Source: Paraspadella gotoi
Lineage: Eukaryota > Animalia > Chaetognatha
Reading direction: 5' to 3'
DNA: 64,000 nt
NCBI GenBank assembly: GCA_051294375.1
Contig: CM119267.1
Location: 14,067,694-14,131,693, forward strand
Part shown: positions 42,519 to 55,465 of the stretch, piece by piece
Layout of the letters: each line of letters starts with the position of its first letter
Position numbering within the stretch: position 1 is the stretch's first letter
Notes under the pieces: model-generated
The model's input: the letters and a program-made list of their open reading frames with translations, nothing else
What the model was told of the DNA's origin: nothing
Database searches by the model: none
Translations under genes and position numbers: made by a program

Positions 42519-42543
42519 NNNNNNNNNNNNNNNNNNNNNNNNN

Positions 42544-44400
42544 TGTGATGGCCCCCGGGCCCATGATAAACCATCCGCCCTAGAACCAGAATAGGAGGAG
42601 GAAAGGGCCTATCGGCAGGCGGTACCCAGACCAGATTAGCGCCCAGCAACCAATAATGGAGGCCCTCTGCAATGCTCCCGCCGACACCGTCAATGGTCCG
42701 GCCCAAAACCTCCATGCAAGGCCAGCCGACCGAGAAGTAGGAGACCACCGCTGGAGCACCACGAAGGTAGAGGCGCGCTCCACCTCGAGGTGCCCGGTCC
42801 CGGGCCGTTTTCGAGAGAAAACAACACCCCACGCAGAATGAACGAGAGAAGCGGACCTCACATTCAGCGGAGAGAGCCCACCAAACTCCCTGACGCGGAT
42901 ACAACCGTTCACGGGGTTGGAGAACAACGAGGAATCAGAAGGAGCCAGGGCATTGACACGGATCCAGGAGGCTACGAACCCACCGTCCGAGAGGGGAATA
43001 ATAACCGATTCAACATCCGGAACATCTCCGAGATAGGGAGATTGGCATCTCGAGGGACTTTATCAAACAACGTCAACGCGACTCCTCATATGCCAATGAG
43101 CGGAGATATAGGACGGCAGAAACGGATTGTCGATGAGGGACGCCAAGGGGATATACAAACCGGAGCAGCTCTGACCTTATCTGAAGCAGGTGAGAGAAAT
43201 TCACTCACACCCACACCATCGCATTCCCTCCTCCGGAACGTAGACGGATCTTAGAAATAACCAAAAGACGGAATCCTCTGGCGTTATCGCTTCACGCCAG
43301 CCGGGAGTACGAGATAATCATCCCACACTCTCGAGATAGTAAAGATCGAAACTGTCCAGGAGGATTACAGATTCAGCTACCTGGCGCGGCAAATTCATAG
43401 CGGCCCGTGGTACAGCTGCGGGAGGTGTGAGAGGTGTTATCTCTGCTCGGAATGGACCGTTGCAGGCGCGCCACGGACGAAATGCCAATTTAATGAACCG
43501 AGTCGGAGACCAACAGAGCTCGGAATCCCATGGGAATCGCTAAGCATCGACGTTATGCCACTTACCCCCCCAGTGGGGGCTAACAAACCACGTCCTAGTG
43601 GCATCGGACAATGCATCAGCCCTACACATGGGCGATTCACTAAGACGAGCCGATGCACAAACACCCGTAATCCAAGCCCTCGGATGCAAAACATATTCCT
43701 ACTGCAACCGGAAACTACCCTAGAGTAAATTTCGAACCGGCCGCCCACGTCGAATAAACGGCGAAGAAAGATGAGAAGTATATTGAACGTGGCCTTAGAC
43801 TATGAGGGCGGAAGAAGATCCTAGTCTCCAAAGAAGAAAGGTAACCGAAGCCGAAAGAAGAAAACCAATAGGCAGGAATTAAGACAGGCAACTAAGAAGA
43901 CCCTAAACGATGACCCAAATAAGTGGATCACCGCTCTGCATAATTAATGCTCACCCCTGGGAATGCCCGAACGCCTACAGGATGGAAAACAAACATGTCC
44001 ACCACGGAACTCCAAATTCGGAAAATAGGCCGAACTGATAGAGGCGCCCGATGAAGAATCGTACGAATGCCTACAGAACTTACGGCCACAAAGGCGAGCA
44101 GATAAACGCAACCAAAGAAGCACAGAACAAATTGGTAGAGCAGAGTTCATCAAGGACATAGGACCTCCCAAAAAAGAGGTAACCGCCTTCAGAAAGTCCC
44201 AAAGAAGATCAAACACGGGGGAGACGAAGTTTACGCAAGACGTGACTTATTGAAAACAGGCGCCGCACCTACACAAATAAGGTGAAAACAATTACACAGC
44301 GCCAGCACAAAGTGATCGAGAGCCAGGGGAAACCATATATGTAATAAATATCACGGAAAAGCGCTCACTCTACCCACAGACCCGCTTAAGCCTAAAAGGC
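42544..44400 (+). pseudogene. pol: Gypsy pol remnant (RT, probable RNase H region, integrase)
   Basis: The motifs listed above are scattered over the three + frames by indels. Confidence 0.78.
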
Positions 44401-45029
44401 GGCGACCGATTTACGCACTCAGAGAAGGATAAGCTATGTTTCACAAACACTACCACATGATTAAGAGGAAAGCAAACCAAACTCATAAATCAACAGCGCG
44501 GTCTCGAGTGTTAAGACTTCACGAGTGGAAGAGAAAGTATAAGAGAAAAGACAAATTAGATATAGGCCAGAACAACAGAGAAAGACCCAGTCTCCTCAAC
44601 CCGACCACCGGGGAAAAAGCCGGCCGATCGCTTCGCGATCGCATGGAGAGGGAGGCAGACCAGACGCTCCCGAAAACAAACGACAAGAGAGACGACGAGC
44701 CTACGAGCGCCTGAAAGAATCAGAAAGGGGAAGAAGGAGACTCCACATCGTCGAAGTTACCTCGAAGAAAAAAGGCAACAGAGTAAAACGCAAATTAAAT
44801 AAAGAAAAAATCATTAAGAATAAACAAAACACAAAAAAGAGAAAACGATCTTTGTTTCTCCGAAGGAAGGAGACCCGGAGCGAACCCAGTAAGTGCAAGA
44901 TAAACCGATAAAGAAACAAAGAACATCGTGAGAGCATTCAGTAATTATATGAACAGTAAGGCTCAGAGCCTAAGATCCAACATATAATGTCAAATATTAA
45001 AACCAACAGAATGCCAGAATCAAACCGAT

Positions 45030-47040
45030 TATGATGGCTTCCATTAGTCGCAGGCAGTCACGCAACCAATGCTCCAGTCGGAGAGGAACGGGCACGCGCA
45101 TTCTAAAAACAAAAGAGATCGTAGTTTTCGATTGGCAATACGACATCCCGAGCACGACAGCAATCTGCGCTAGTATGAAACCAAGTTTCCGAAAAGGGCG
45201 CAGCCGAAGTGGAAAGAGGAGCTCCCGCACCGCCCATGCGTATGTTTCCCCCGGACGACATGGAACATCGACGGATAACGGGTGTGACTTAATCCGATAG
45301 CCGACCGAGCGCCTCTGCGGCCGTGAGTATTCAATATCCCAAATCGACGCAATGATCAAATTTTCACGCCTGGAGCGGCAGAATGCACTGACTTGCACGC
45401 CGGGATAAAAGATCACAAACAAGATTCTCGATTTTGATTAGCGATACAGCCGGCGTCCTGCAGCCCATCCAAATGAAAGGGAAAGAAGGGCACCCAACCT
45501 GATCTCAACCAGGTGGGGACGACAGACGCCGGACGGCTCCTGCACAGGCGAAATCATTGAATTTCACGGAGCCGCCTTATACACATCCGAAAACGCCAAG
45601 TTAGCGTCGAACCTTACGTTGTACAAAAAGGAAGGTGAGAGTAGCTGACCGCGTGAACTTCAAAAGATAGGATCGTGCGACGTCGGCCCGCCAAATGCAG
45701 GCTACCGCTGGAGGCGTCATCGTGTGGGATGACGCGCCCCGCTGCGAGCAGTAGTCGCTACACCGGCGGAATTGTACCGCGCACAAATGGGATAGTGCGA
45801 GCCGGTGTCGGAGGCTGACATTCCGGAGGTGTGAATCCAATCGGATGCCCACGATGCCAACCGGAAGCCCGGACACCCCGGGGTGCCGGGGAAGAACTAC
45901 TCCGAAGAGCAATCGCTTCCGGAGGATGCTGGACGAAGACTGTCCCCGGAAGCCAAGATACCCTGTGACGCAGCGGAAGACTGGAGCGGTGTATGTCGAT
46001 GTGCGGCGGGAACCCAGCGAGCCCGCGTTCCACCCCTCTCGCCTGCACCGGGAGAAAGACAAGGGATGTCGAGCTGTGGAAATCACGTGGACGAACCGTC
46101 ACTCGCCCCACTTCTTACTACGGAAGGGAGGATTCAAGGGAGTCCAAACGAACGCATCGGTAATGGAAGCCCTCCAAATGACAGCGTCGAAGTTAGCGCA
46201 AAAGCCAACCCAAGGGAAAATATCGACTCAACTCACGAGGCATGGCGGCGAATGAGCTTGCGTAACTCCGGGCGCTGGCCGAAGCTAGACGGGGCTTTAG
46301 AGGCTCACCAGCTCGCCGGCGGCCGACCACGTTCATCCGACCCCGCGGCGAGATTCCCGGCCGGTCCTAACACCGAGGCGAGCTGGTTGGTGACTGCCAA
46401 AAATGTCGACAAACAGCTCGCCGGCTCCTTGAGGGAGACCCGAAAAGGGCTTCCAAAGACATGCCCATCTCCTTTCGGAGGGTGTGAGGCTTATCGTCAA
46501 CGCCATCTATCATCAACCGTGGAAGGGACTCCTCGTTTGGAAAACGCGCTTTTGCTCTCCTCCTCTAGTTACCAATTGGGCGACAGTTTGTCGGACACGG
46601 GCGCCCGTTCGACAAATACCAACCTGAGAGCAACGCTTCCGGACGCCAACACCAACGTCAACGAGTGAAGATCTCCTTTCTACGAAGAGGTGGGACGATT
46701 TATGGATCGACACGCGAAGTTCAGTCAGGGGCATAAACCGCAGCGCTTCAACGAACGGCCTTGGGGAGGAAATCAACCCGCCGGATCGCCGTCCTCCTTC
46801 ATACCGGCGAATTCTTCGGCGAAAATCATCCCTAGTGGAGATATGGAACTGGCTCGTAAAAACATGGCGCCGCTCATGGGACTTGTACAATCGGAGGAGT
46901 GATCGGGCTGTCATGCGTCTGTTGCGGCGCTGTCACCCAACCCCCAGTGCGCTAACTGGCTGCAATCCGCCGCCCAAGCCGGAGGCGGTCGGGCCAGAAC
47001 GTTGAACGCCGCCATCGCCGCGCCAGCGGGACGACGATGA
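45030..47040 (+). pseudogene. env-like class III (gB-type/chuvirus-like) fusion glycoprotein remnant
   Basis: Ordered motifs: IVVFD(C) 45118; C-x10-CG 45283-45321; ECTDLHAG 45381; WGRQTPDGSCTGE 45514; GVIVWDDAPRCE 45713; FKGVQTNA(C)VMEAL about 46133; RGELVGDCQKC...DMPI 46374-46468; hydrophobic IGGVIGLSCVCCGAV about 46890. Confidence 0.65.
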
Positions 47041-47097
47041 GACTCCAGTGCCCAGTCTAATGACCTGTCCCCTCGTCTGGGGTCGGCGGGGGGGCGG

Positions 47098-47335
47098 CGT
47101 CAGCGGATATGGGAATCCGCCTCCACCCTATTTCGATCGATGTGAACTCTCTCTCTCACTCCTCCCCCCTCCCCCCTGTTTATTCTGATCGTGGTTTTTT
47201 AAGCTCTTATGCGAATCAGAGGCGGAGAAGTGGGACTAGTCATAGGGGAATTGTTTCATGGGCCGAGGGAGTGGACGAAAGGACTTTAGTTTTCAATAAA
47301 GCGAAGCTGCCTTCGGCCCCGAATGGTTGATATTC
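47098..47335 (+). repeat. Probable 3' LTR of the Gypsy element
   Basis: Directly follows the G-rich PPT, contains AATAAA and ends ...gatattCA before AT-rich host DNA; no second copy in the window to confirm. Confidence 0.45.
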
Positions 47336-47735
47336 AATTCTAACTCAATTATTTTATTCCCACATTGCCTTATCGATTGGTAAATAAGTAAATAAAACAT
47401 TTTGTTCGTATCTAATTTCATCGTGATAAATTTAAACGTCATCGAAAATAGCGAAACGGCAAAGATATTATGAAAAGGTTTGGAATCGAGTTCGGAATTT
47501 GGTTCTAATAATATGTATGTCGAAATTATTTTATACCTCAACCAGATTTGCATATTGTCGTAGTTTGATTAAGTGTTGTAGTGTAGTTTAATAATTAAAA
47601 AAAAATTATATTTCGATGGTCGAAGTGGACTTCGGCCAGATCACAATCGTCTCACCTGGTCCGGAATCCTTTGCCTCAATATAAAGTAAATTTAAGCCCA
47701 AGAAATATTGTACAATAAATTAAAAGAGAATATAC

Positions 47736-48412
47736 CGTCGGGTAAAACAGCAAAAGGTTGACCCGTCCTTGGAGCCCCCGATCTCCCCGGCCGACATTCT
47801 TCGCACTTGTTCTTTCGTCCGGTCTCCCAACTTGCAGTCCTTTCGTCCGTCGCAAAGACTCGAAGGGGGGAGATGCAGGGAGCAGCGGAAGGACCCCAAT
47901 AGGCTGCAAAATGATTTTATATAGGTACAAAATACAAAAAAGGATGAACTTGATGCCTATCAAATTACAAAGAAGAGAGAGTGGCAGAAAAACGATAATA
48001 AACCGGGACCTTTAAATGACGCAAATTCCATTGAGAGATGAAGAGGTATCCTAAAACCGTCTAAGAGTAAAGAGCCAACATGATAGAGAGAAAAAGAGAG
48101 GAAAACGTTAAAAATCAGAATTAAAACGGATACCGTTAGTCTCAGTAAGAGAGACGAGCAAAACATGGAGAAAAAGAAAAGAAATGAATGTCAATGTAAC
48201 TGTCGGCATTCATAACAGCCAAATACTAAATGGATTCAAATATTATTCTTTAAATTTCAATAGTAACAATTCAACGCAAATCTTACTTACAATCGCTCCT
48301 GCAAAGGTGACATCGTTTCTTGCATTCCGTGCATTCGTTTTCGTCCTTTTTGTTGTACAGTGGTTGATTCCGTCGCAAACCTTGCGGACAGGGAAATAGC
48401 GATAGATTATAC
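47736..48412 (-). CDS. Exons of an LDL-receptor class A repeat protein (frameshifted by probable sequencing errors)
   Basis: Exon about 48412-48291 (cctag|...|gtaagt): YFPVRKVCDGINHC.NKKDENECTEC. Exon about 47903-47736 (ttgcag|...|gtata): GSFRC..CISP..LCDGRKDCKLG.DE..CEEC.PGE...KDGS.FC. Both fit the LDLa consensus C-x-F-x-C...CI...CDG..DC..GSDE..C. Confidence 0.65.
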
Positions 48413-50719
48413 CTAGGAAGGAATAATATTAGACGCGAATTTCAGATTATATGAATAAAACTACCATATGTGCCATGTTTATTTCTTGACAAAAAAAGGT
48501 TTTCCTTCCCCAAAGTCAACTGAAATGAAATATTTTAGTCCGCCTGTACATGATGTCGTATGGCTGTTCTGTTTATCTAAAACGAGAAAGTGTTACTGTC
48601 TACTGTCTAGCTCAATCAAGGGAAAAATATTTTTTAAAATTGGGTTTTCTTAAAAAAATTCATTTCTAACCCCTCTTGTAGAAATAAACTCCACTTTGAG
48701 TGACGTGAGTTTTACCTCGCGTTTGTTTGAGTTCTTGTGTACTAAAAGTAACTTTTTTTTTCTTACGAAATGGAATGAAACACAGTAGATTCCTCGCCTC
48801 CCAGATTCCAGGTTCCCTTGAAGGAATTTTATGTTCTCCACTGAGTATAAATTTTAATTTATAGTTTAAAAAAATTTTTTTTGTTAACCCGTTTTTCTTT
48901 ATGTTCAAAAAATCAAAGCCCGACAATCTGACTTAATTATTTTTTAAAGAATTTATAGCTCAGGGAGAATAAAGGATTTATAGCTGGTTTTTATATGAAG
49001 GAAATAATTCATGAACGAATTCCTTGTCGGTAAAGAGAGACAGAGTGGTTCGAATAAGGAAACGTTCAATCCTGTTCTAAAAAAAAAAAAATTCCAGTAA
49101 AAGAGAACTCCCATCAAGGTTAAGGAAATATGCTTTTAACCCGAAAACTTTTCCTTTCCAAACCAAGTTGACCTTTAATTAACAAACAGGCCGCTCTTTT
49201 GAAGTCATTGACGAAAAGACTAATTCCCAATCAAGGAAGCGATTAATTAAGCAACTTTGATCCCGTTAAATTCTAATAATTTTTAATAATCCCGGCTTTT
49301 GATTAAGGAAATCAGACCTCAATGATAATCAACAAATTTCGCCGGGGACTTTGAGCAAATCACTCCGGGTCCCAAACCAATCAACTACGCCGCAATTCGA
49401 ACCTGATCGTCGGATGCAATCTGTCGGCCGACGAGAAATTCTCGTCCGCAATAATCGACGGGCTTCGAAGGGACGTCGTTTCGGGACAGGTGGCGCTGAC
49501 ACGAGATAGCTTAAGTCATGGTGGGAGTAGGATAAGGGAAGTTAAATAATAATCGTTTTGAATACCGCACTATTTGAAAAAAGTTGAGTAGGGGTTATGG
49601 AAAATTAAAAAAAAAAAAACAGTGGCGACGGGAATAGCTATTATTAAACAATGTCAGTTATCATTTAAATAGTGAATTAAACGGAATTCCCCCGATGAAA
49701 TGTCGGGCGATAACGCTTTAGGTAATTCCTTACCCCGTGAAAACGAAAAGAGAATGATTAAGGTAAGGTCGATGGACGGGCATCTTGGGATTGGGAGGAA
49801 GATTGGGGGAGAGTTGGGAGAAAAAAACGTGGTCCAAGCCTGAAAAGTAGTCATCGTAGATTTTTTTAAAAAAAATTAATTCCCTTTAGTTAGTTATTTT
49901 TCAATTTTTTGTTCGTTTAATTTTTGATAAAAACGAAGCGAAGAATTTGGCCACGGAATTTTGGCGGGAAGGATCGTTCAAGACCTTTTTTTTTTTTTTT
50001 AATTTGGGGTGCTCCCATTTATCTGAAGTGGTTGTTTGGAAAACCCTTAGGATGGTTAATAAGGTGAACCAACCCTTACCGGCAACAAGGGGATGTGGTT
50101 TTTCTTCATGGTTTGAAGGCTTTAAAAAAAAAAGAAACCTCGGGGGAACTTTATTCAGGGTTTTAATTATACTCGGATTTATTTTACCAAAAAGAGTTTA
50201 AAGGAAAATATTACCAACAAAAAAAACGCTTGGGCTGGTTAACTTGGATATGCATTTCATGCAAAATCCGAATATTCACCGGTAATTTTTACAATATTGC
50301 AAGATTTTAAGAACCTGAAAGTTATGAGAATGATGACATACGACGTGACGATAATGACATGCTTGGAAGGCGTTGATAGAGCCACGAATTCTTAAACTTT
50401 TACTCCACCGTCCACCATCATAGGGTTTTTTTTTATATTTTATTTGTAAGAAAAATTTGAAAAAATAATGACGAAAAAATTGAGTCCGTTTGATCGATTC
50501 TTCACTCTCCACTTTTTTCCTTTTTATTTACTATTTTAAAGGAGAGAGAGGAAAACATGGCCCCGTCTCTCTCTCTCTCCTCCTTTTTTTTAAATACTCT
50601 TTCGGGCGATGAATAAGGAATGGAAGTTGTTTTCGGAATGAACAAAGAAAAAGAACCGAGAAAGACATTAAAAGGAAAGAGAGGATGAAAAGGGGAAAGG
50701 AAAGATGGGGGTTAACGGG

Positions 50720-50917
50720 TGGAGGAGGGGAAGAGGAGCGGAGGGGGAGAAGGAGGGGAAGAGGAAGGGAGGGAGGAAGAGGCGTGAGAGAAGAAGAGTG
50801 AGGAAACGAGAAGAGAGAACCGATGAGTCAGCGAATCCAGTGAGACCTAAAAAGTTTCGTAAGGTGAGTAGCGACGATGAAAAAAGACTCTAGTGTCCGC
50901 TTGGGAAACTTGAGAAA
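50720..50917 (+). repeat. ~200-bp dispersed repeat, copy 2
   Basis: Matches 42300-42518. Confidence 0.9.
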
Positions 50918-53900
50918 TCCGGTAAGAATATGAGAAGAGAGAGAGAGAGAAGAGAGGAGAGAGGAGAGAGAGAGAGAGAGAGAAGAGTAGACGAGAAGAG
51001 AGGAGAGAGGAGAGAGAGAGAGAGAGAGAGAGGAGGAGAGAGAGCGAGAGAGAGAGAGTTCCAAGATTACGTCTCGTCGTCACTGCGATAGCCTCGCTCA
51101 AGAATACACGTATATCCGTTGTCGAGTCCAAACCGTCGCCCGCCGTCTATTTCGTCGCTTAGACCGCTCCTCGATCGACATCATCATCATCATTCGACAG
51201 AGAGAGAGAGAGACTGAGAGGAGAGCAGAGAGAGAGAGAGAGAGAGTGAGAGAGAGTGAGGAAGAGAGAGAGAGAAGGAGAGAGAGAGAGAGAATATTTG
51301 TTATCACCTTTGTTTACCTTTTTGATCTTGAGTGTTACTCGTAGCGTAATGGCGATGATAGAGATAAGATGAGTCGAGAAGAAAAACGTAAATCATCTTA
51401 AGTAATTCTGTTCTATATTCTATACATACTTGACAAAAAACTTTATTTATTGAAAAAAATTAGAGAAACTTAGAGAATTGATTGACTTGCTTGGAGGACT
51501 TCACTTTTTGTTCCGACGACGACGACCACCCGGGGGAAGACGACCATAACGACGACGATTTCAAGTCAAGTCAAGTAAAGCGACGATAATTTCTCAATGA
51601 AGACAAATGCATATTTTTCTTCTTTTTTCCTCTACAAAAAAAAAATCGATATTTATACGGATTTTGACAACATTTGTTGTCGTTTTGTCGTTTCGATCCT
51701 CAATTTTACGGCTCAAGATTAACGAGACTGACTTCCGATCGCTCGCTCTTAAAAAAAAAATAATCCAAATGGCAAATCCTTCCCGAACTTTTTCTAGTTT
51801 AAGTTTCAAAGTTCGAAAAATTAAATCGACCCTCTTTTTTTCTCTCTCTGCGAGACCACAAATCTGTGACTCCCAATCTGTGAGACCCAGAGCCGAACCC
51901 TTAAAAATCACTTTTCGACTTCCCCTCGCGCTTTTCCCCTCCTCCGCGATTTATTCGCCCCAGTCCCCAATTTATTTATTTCCTTCCGGATTCGTCATCT
52001 TTTTGCCCAAAGAGACGTCTTTTCACATGACAATAATTAGGAGTTAAAATTAACGAACAAATTGTTTATGCTAATCGTTGATATATATCCGAAAACAAAG
52101 AGCAGAGGGAGAAGGAAGTGTAATTCGCTAGATTTATTCCTCGAACGTTCACTCAATTTAAAAAAAAAAAACATTCTTTTTCTCTTTTACGATCCGGGCG
52201 CCTCTCTTAGTCTTTTCTCCCACATCTTCAATGTTCAATCGTTCATTCCCTTCCACCCACGCTCATTCCAATCGCATCTCTACATCTAGGACAACCCCTA
52301 AGTTGCAGGCTTGCGTATTTTAACTCATTTTTCTCGTCTCGCGCTTTAGATGGTTCGTTGTTCAAATTTAGTCACAATTCTAGATTCATTCCGAACAACT
52401 TCATCCATCTTTAAATCCATCTCTCATCCATTCCCCAACCATCTTCAATCACCCTTCGACTCTCAAACCTGTCGCAGATCTTCGACGGCAATTCATCAAC
52501 TCACCTCATCCTCCACTCCTACCTCGTTCATCATGACGCAACATTTTTTACGGTTCATAATCGACGTTCGTAAATCGATGATGCATCTTTTTATTCTTTT
52601 TTTTTTCCCCTTTTGTTTATTTCAACTTTTTCGTTCGGCATCCCCCCGCCATCTCACATCATCCTTTCGGATCGAATTTCGCATTCTTCTCTTTTCGTCG
52701 ATGACCTCCGATCGCGAGTTCACGCGCTTCGATCCCCATCTCAACTCCCTCCTCCCTCTCCCCCTTTCCCGAAACGTCTGAGAGTACGATAGCGAAGGTC
52801 GATGGTTCAAATCCGCTCTTCGAGGAATTTTTCACTCTCTTCGCCACCGTAAGGTCGAACCCGTCAATTCCCCCCGCATCTCTAAATCCTCTCTCCATCC
52901 ATCGATCCCGTCCGATGATCCTCCTCAGAGTCCAGGTCTCGTTTGTATCGAATTTTTCACCTCTGGAGATCTGGACTTTTCGTCGCCCTCTTGTGTCGGC
53001 CGCTGGTGTCGGCCTCTTGTGTGGGACTCTCGTCGGCTTCTTCCTCCAGTTTCTCAGATTTCGTCGTCGCAATTTCAACGCCACCGGCGCCAAGTGACCG
53101 AGAGGAGAACAGATCTTTCATTATTTAGTATTCATTGTAAATTGTAATATGCTTCATAATAGAGACTTTGTCCAATTTTTATATTTCACAGTCTTTCAAC
53201 CAGGCAATTTTATCACGTTTCCTTCTGATACCTTCAGTAACAAGCCTGTTTTATCTATTATAAAATTGGTAGAACCAAAATAAAAAGTATTCATTCATTT
53301 AGCTATCTTGCCCCTGGCATGGGACTGGCAATGGTGGTTTAAGGCATCCATCCCTCTTACAGTCCAGTTTATTGACAGAAGAAAAAGTGAATAGAATACG
53401 AATTCTCTTATCCCATGTCGGATTATTCTCACCAAAGTGAAACACCCAAAACGGAAACGAACTTGACTCGTTTTACTTTCAGTCTCTCACTTTTTTTTTC
53501 GAACGGCGTCAAAGGCTGGAAAAAGCCAACGCCCGCCGTCCCGTCCGCCAAGCCACCCATCACCCGCCCCAACCCCGAAGTTCGACAATTCCCCATTCAC
53601 TCTCCGACAGTGTGAGTCATTCGTGAGACGTGAACGAAGAAAAAATATATATAAATGGAAAAGAGNNNNNNNNNNNNNNNNNNNNNNNNNNNNNNNNNNN
53701 NNNNNNNNNNNNNNNNNNNNNNNNNNNNNNNNNNCTCTCTCTCTCTCTCTCTTTCTCTCTTTCTCTCTCTCTTCGATCTCATTGCTCTTCCTCCTCTTCT
53801 TCCTGGGCGGCTGCGCCAGCGTTCTCAGACGCTGCAATAAAAGCGGCAGAGACTGCAGCAGTACCTTTGCCCCTTGGCTGCTGCGGGATGCTGCCGCGGC

Positions 53901-55425
53901 TGAAATGCCGTCCGAGACGTCGGTGGTGGCGATTCTTTCTGGTCGATGGCGATGGTGGCGGCGACGGTGGCGGAGGTGAGGAGTGGGGTGCAGCGAGAAA
54001 ATTGGAGAGGAGGTGTTGGATCGAAGCTGTTATAAAAAGTCAATGAGAGAGAGAGNNNNNNNNNNNNNNNNNNNNNNNNNNNNNNNNNNNNNNNNNNNNN
54101 NNNNNNNNNNNNNNNNNNNNNNNNNNNNNNNNNNNNNNNNNNNNNNNNNNNNNNNNNNNNNNNNNNNNNNNNNNNNNNNNNNNNNNNNNNNNNNNNNNNN
54201 NNNNNNNNNNNNNNNNNNNNNNNNNNNNNNNNNNNNNNNNNNNNNNNNNNNNNNNNNNNNNNNNNNNNNNNNNNNNNNNNNNNNNNNNNNNNNNNNNNNN
54301 NNNNNNNNNNNNNNNNNNNNNNNNNNNNNNNNNNNNNNNNNNNNNNNNNNNNNNNNNNNNNNNNNNNNNNNNNNNNNNNNNNNNNNNNNNNNNNNNNNNN
54401 NNNNNNNNNNNNNNNNNNNNNNNNNNNNNNNNNNNNNNNNNNNNNNNNNNNNNNNNNNNNNNNNNCGACGACGCCGTCGACGAAAGCGGCTTAAAATCCC
54501 GGGGAAGTCGAGGACTGAGTTCAGAGCCACCGCGATCGCCGGTTCCTTCGCAGACCAGAAAAGAGAACAATTTTTTTTTTAAAAAAAAGAGGAGAACGAG
54601 AGACGAGAACGAAAAAAAAAAAAGAAAAGAAAATCATTTCTCTTTCTTTTTTTGTTGCAGAGAAAAAAAGAAGAAAAAGAAATTGCCTTCAAAGTTCGAA
54701 CGAAAAAAAAAACAAACTTAGGAAATAAAATTCTTCTCATCCCAGTTCGTTTGTTATATCAGATTTCAAATTTTTATTTTCTCATTTCATAAGACGAAAT
54801 ATAACAAACTTCGCATTCTCTCGCACACGCAGCCTTTAGTTTTATTTTTTGTTGCCAAAAAGAAAAGAAATAAAACAAACATCTTCGCCAATCAAAAAAA
54901 AAAATCGAAAAAACACGTGTAAGTATAGAGTTTGTCAGACCGATTTGTCTGGTTTTAAATTAAAAATGTTCCCTTTGTTTGCGAATGTTGACCGATTTAT
55001 TGATTGAAAATTATCAGTCTCAAGCAATGCCAAACCAACCTAGCTAAAACAGTATTCTTTCTCATATCAATTAAAATATGAGAATTTCATAGCCAAAGCA
55101 CATTAAGTTGAGGGTCAAGCTTTTTTTTTTTCCAATTAAGGACGCAATACTCTGTACTAGCTGATTGCCCACATCTCTCTTCAGTGAAATCGTAAAAACA
55201 AACAGCGTAGATTCAATCGCAAGTTCGAAATCCAAAGCTGAACTTTGTTTCAAATCGATATCAATATGAGAGAGAAAAAGAGAAAGAGATAATTATTGAT
55301 ACGACTAATTTCTTGATTGACCTCGCTTTTTTTTTCTTTAAATCTTCATTTAATTTTATTTCGAAAAATTTCGTTCAGGACGAGTCCAAATTATAACCGG
55401 CAACTTGGCAGGCTAGAAAACGAGG

Positions 55426-55465
<40 letters not shown>

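Larger units (their letters stand above)
42544..47335 (+). mobile_element. Ty3/Gypsy LTR retrotransposon (5' end lost at a gap, heavily frameshifted) with pol, an env-like gene, PPT and a probable 3' LTR
   Basis: RT remnant LCNAPA (42665). Integrase remnants: zinc finger YSCGRCER (43411), PWESLSIDVMPL (43528), HVLVASD (43589), DDPNKWITAL (43909), GPY/F-like NYTAP.KVIE (about 44293). RT precedes IN. G-rich PPT at 47079-47097; AATAAA at 47295. Confidence 0.8.

Noticed and set aside
45883-46668. 261-aa ORF as a standalone gene
   Set aside because: It is mostly an off-frame reading of the env-like region; the conserved motifs lie in other frames
52659-53093. 144-aa minus-strand ORF and the nearby GC-rich island at 53760-53980
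   Set aside because: Non-ATG start, no recognisable domain and no convincing splice context
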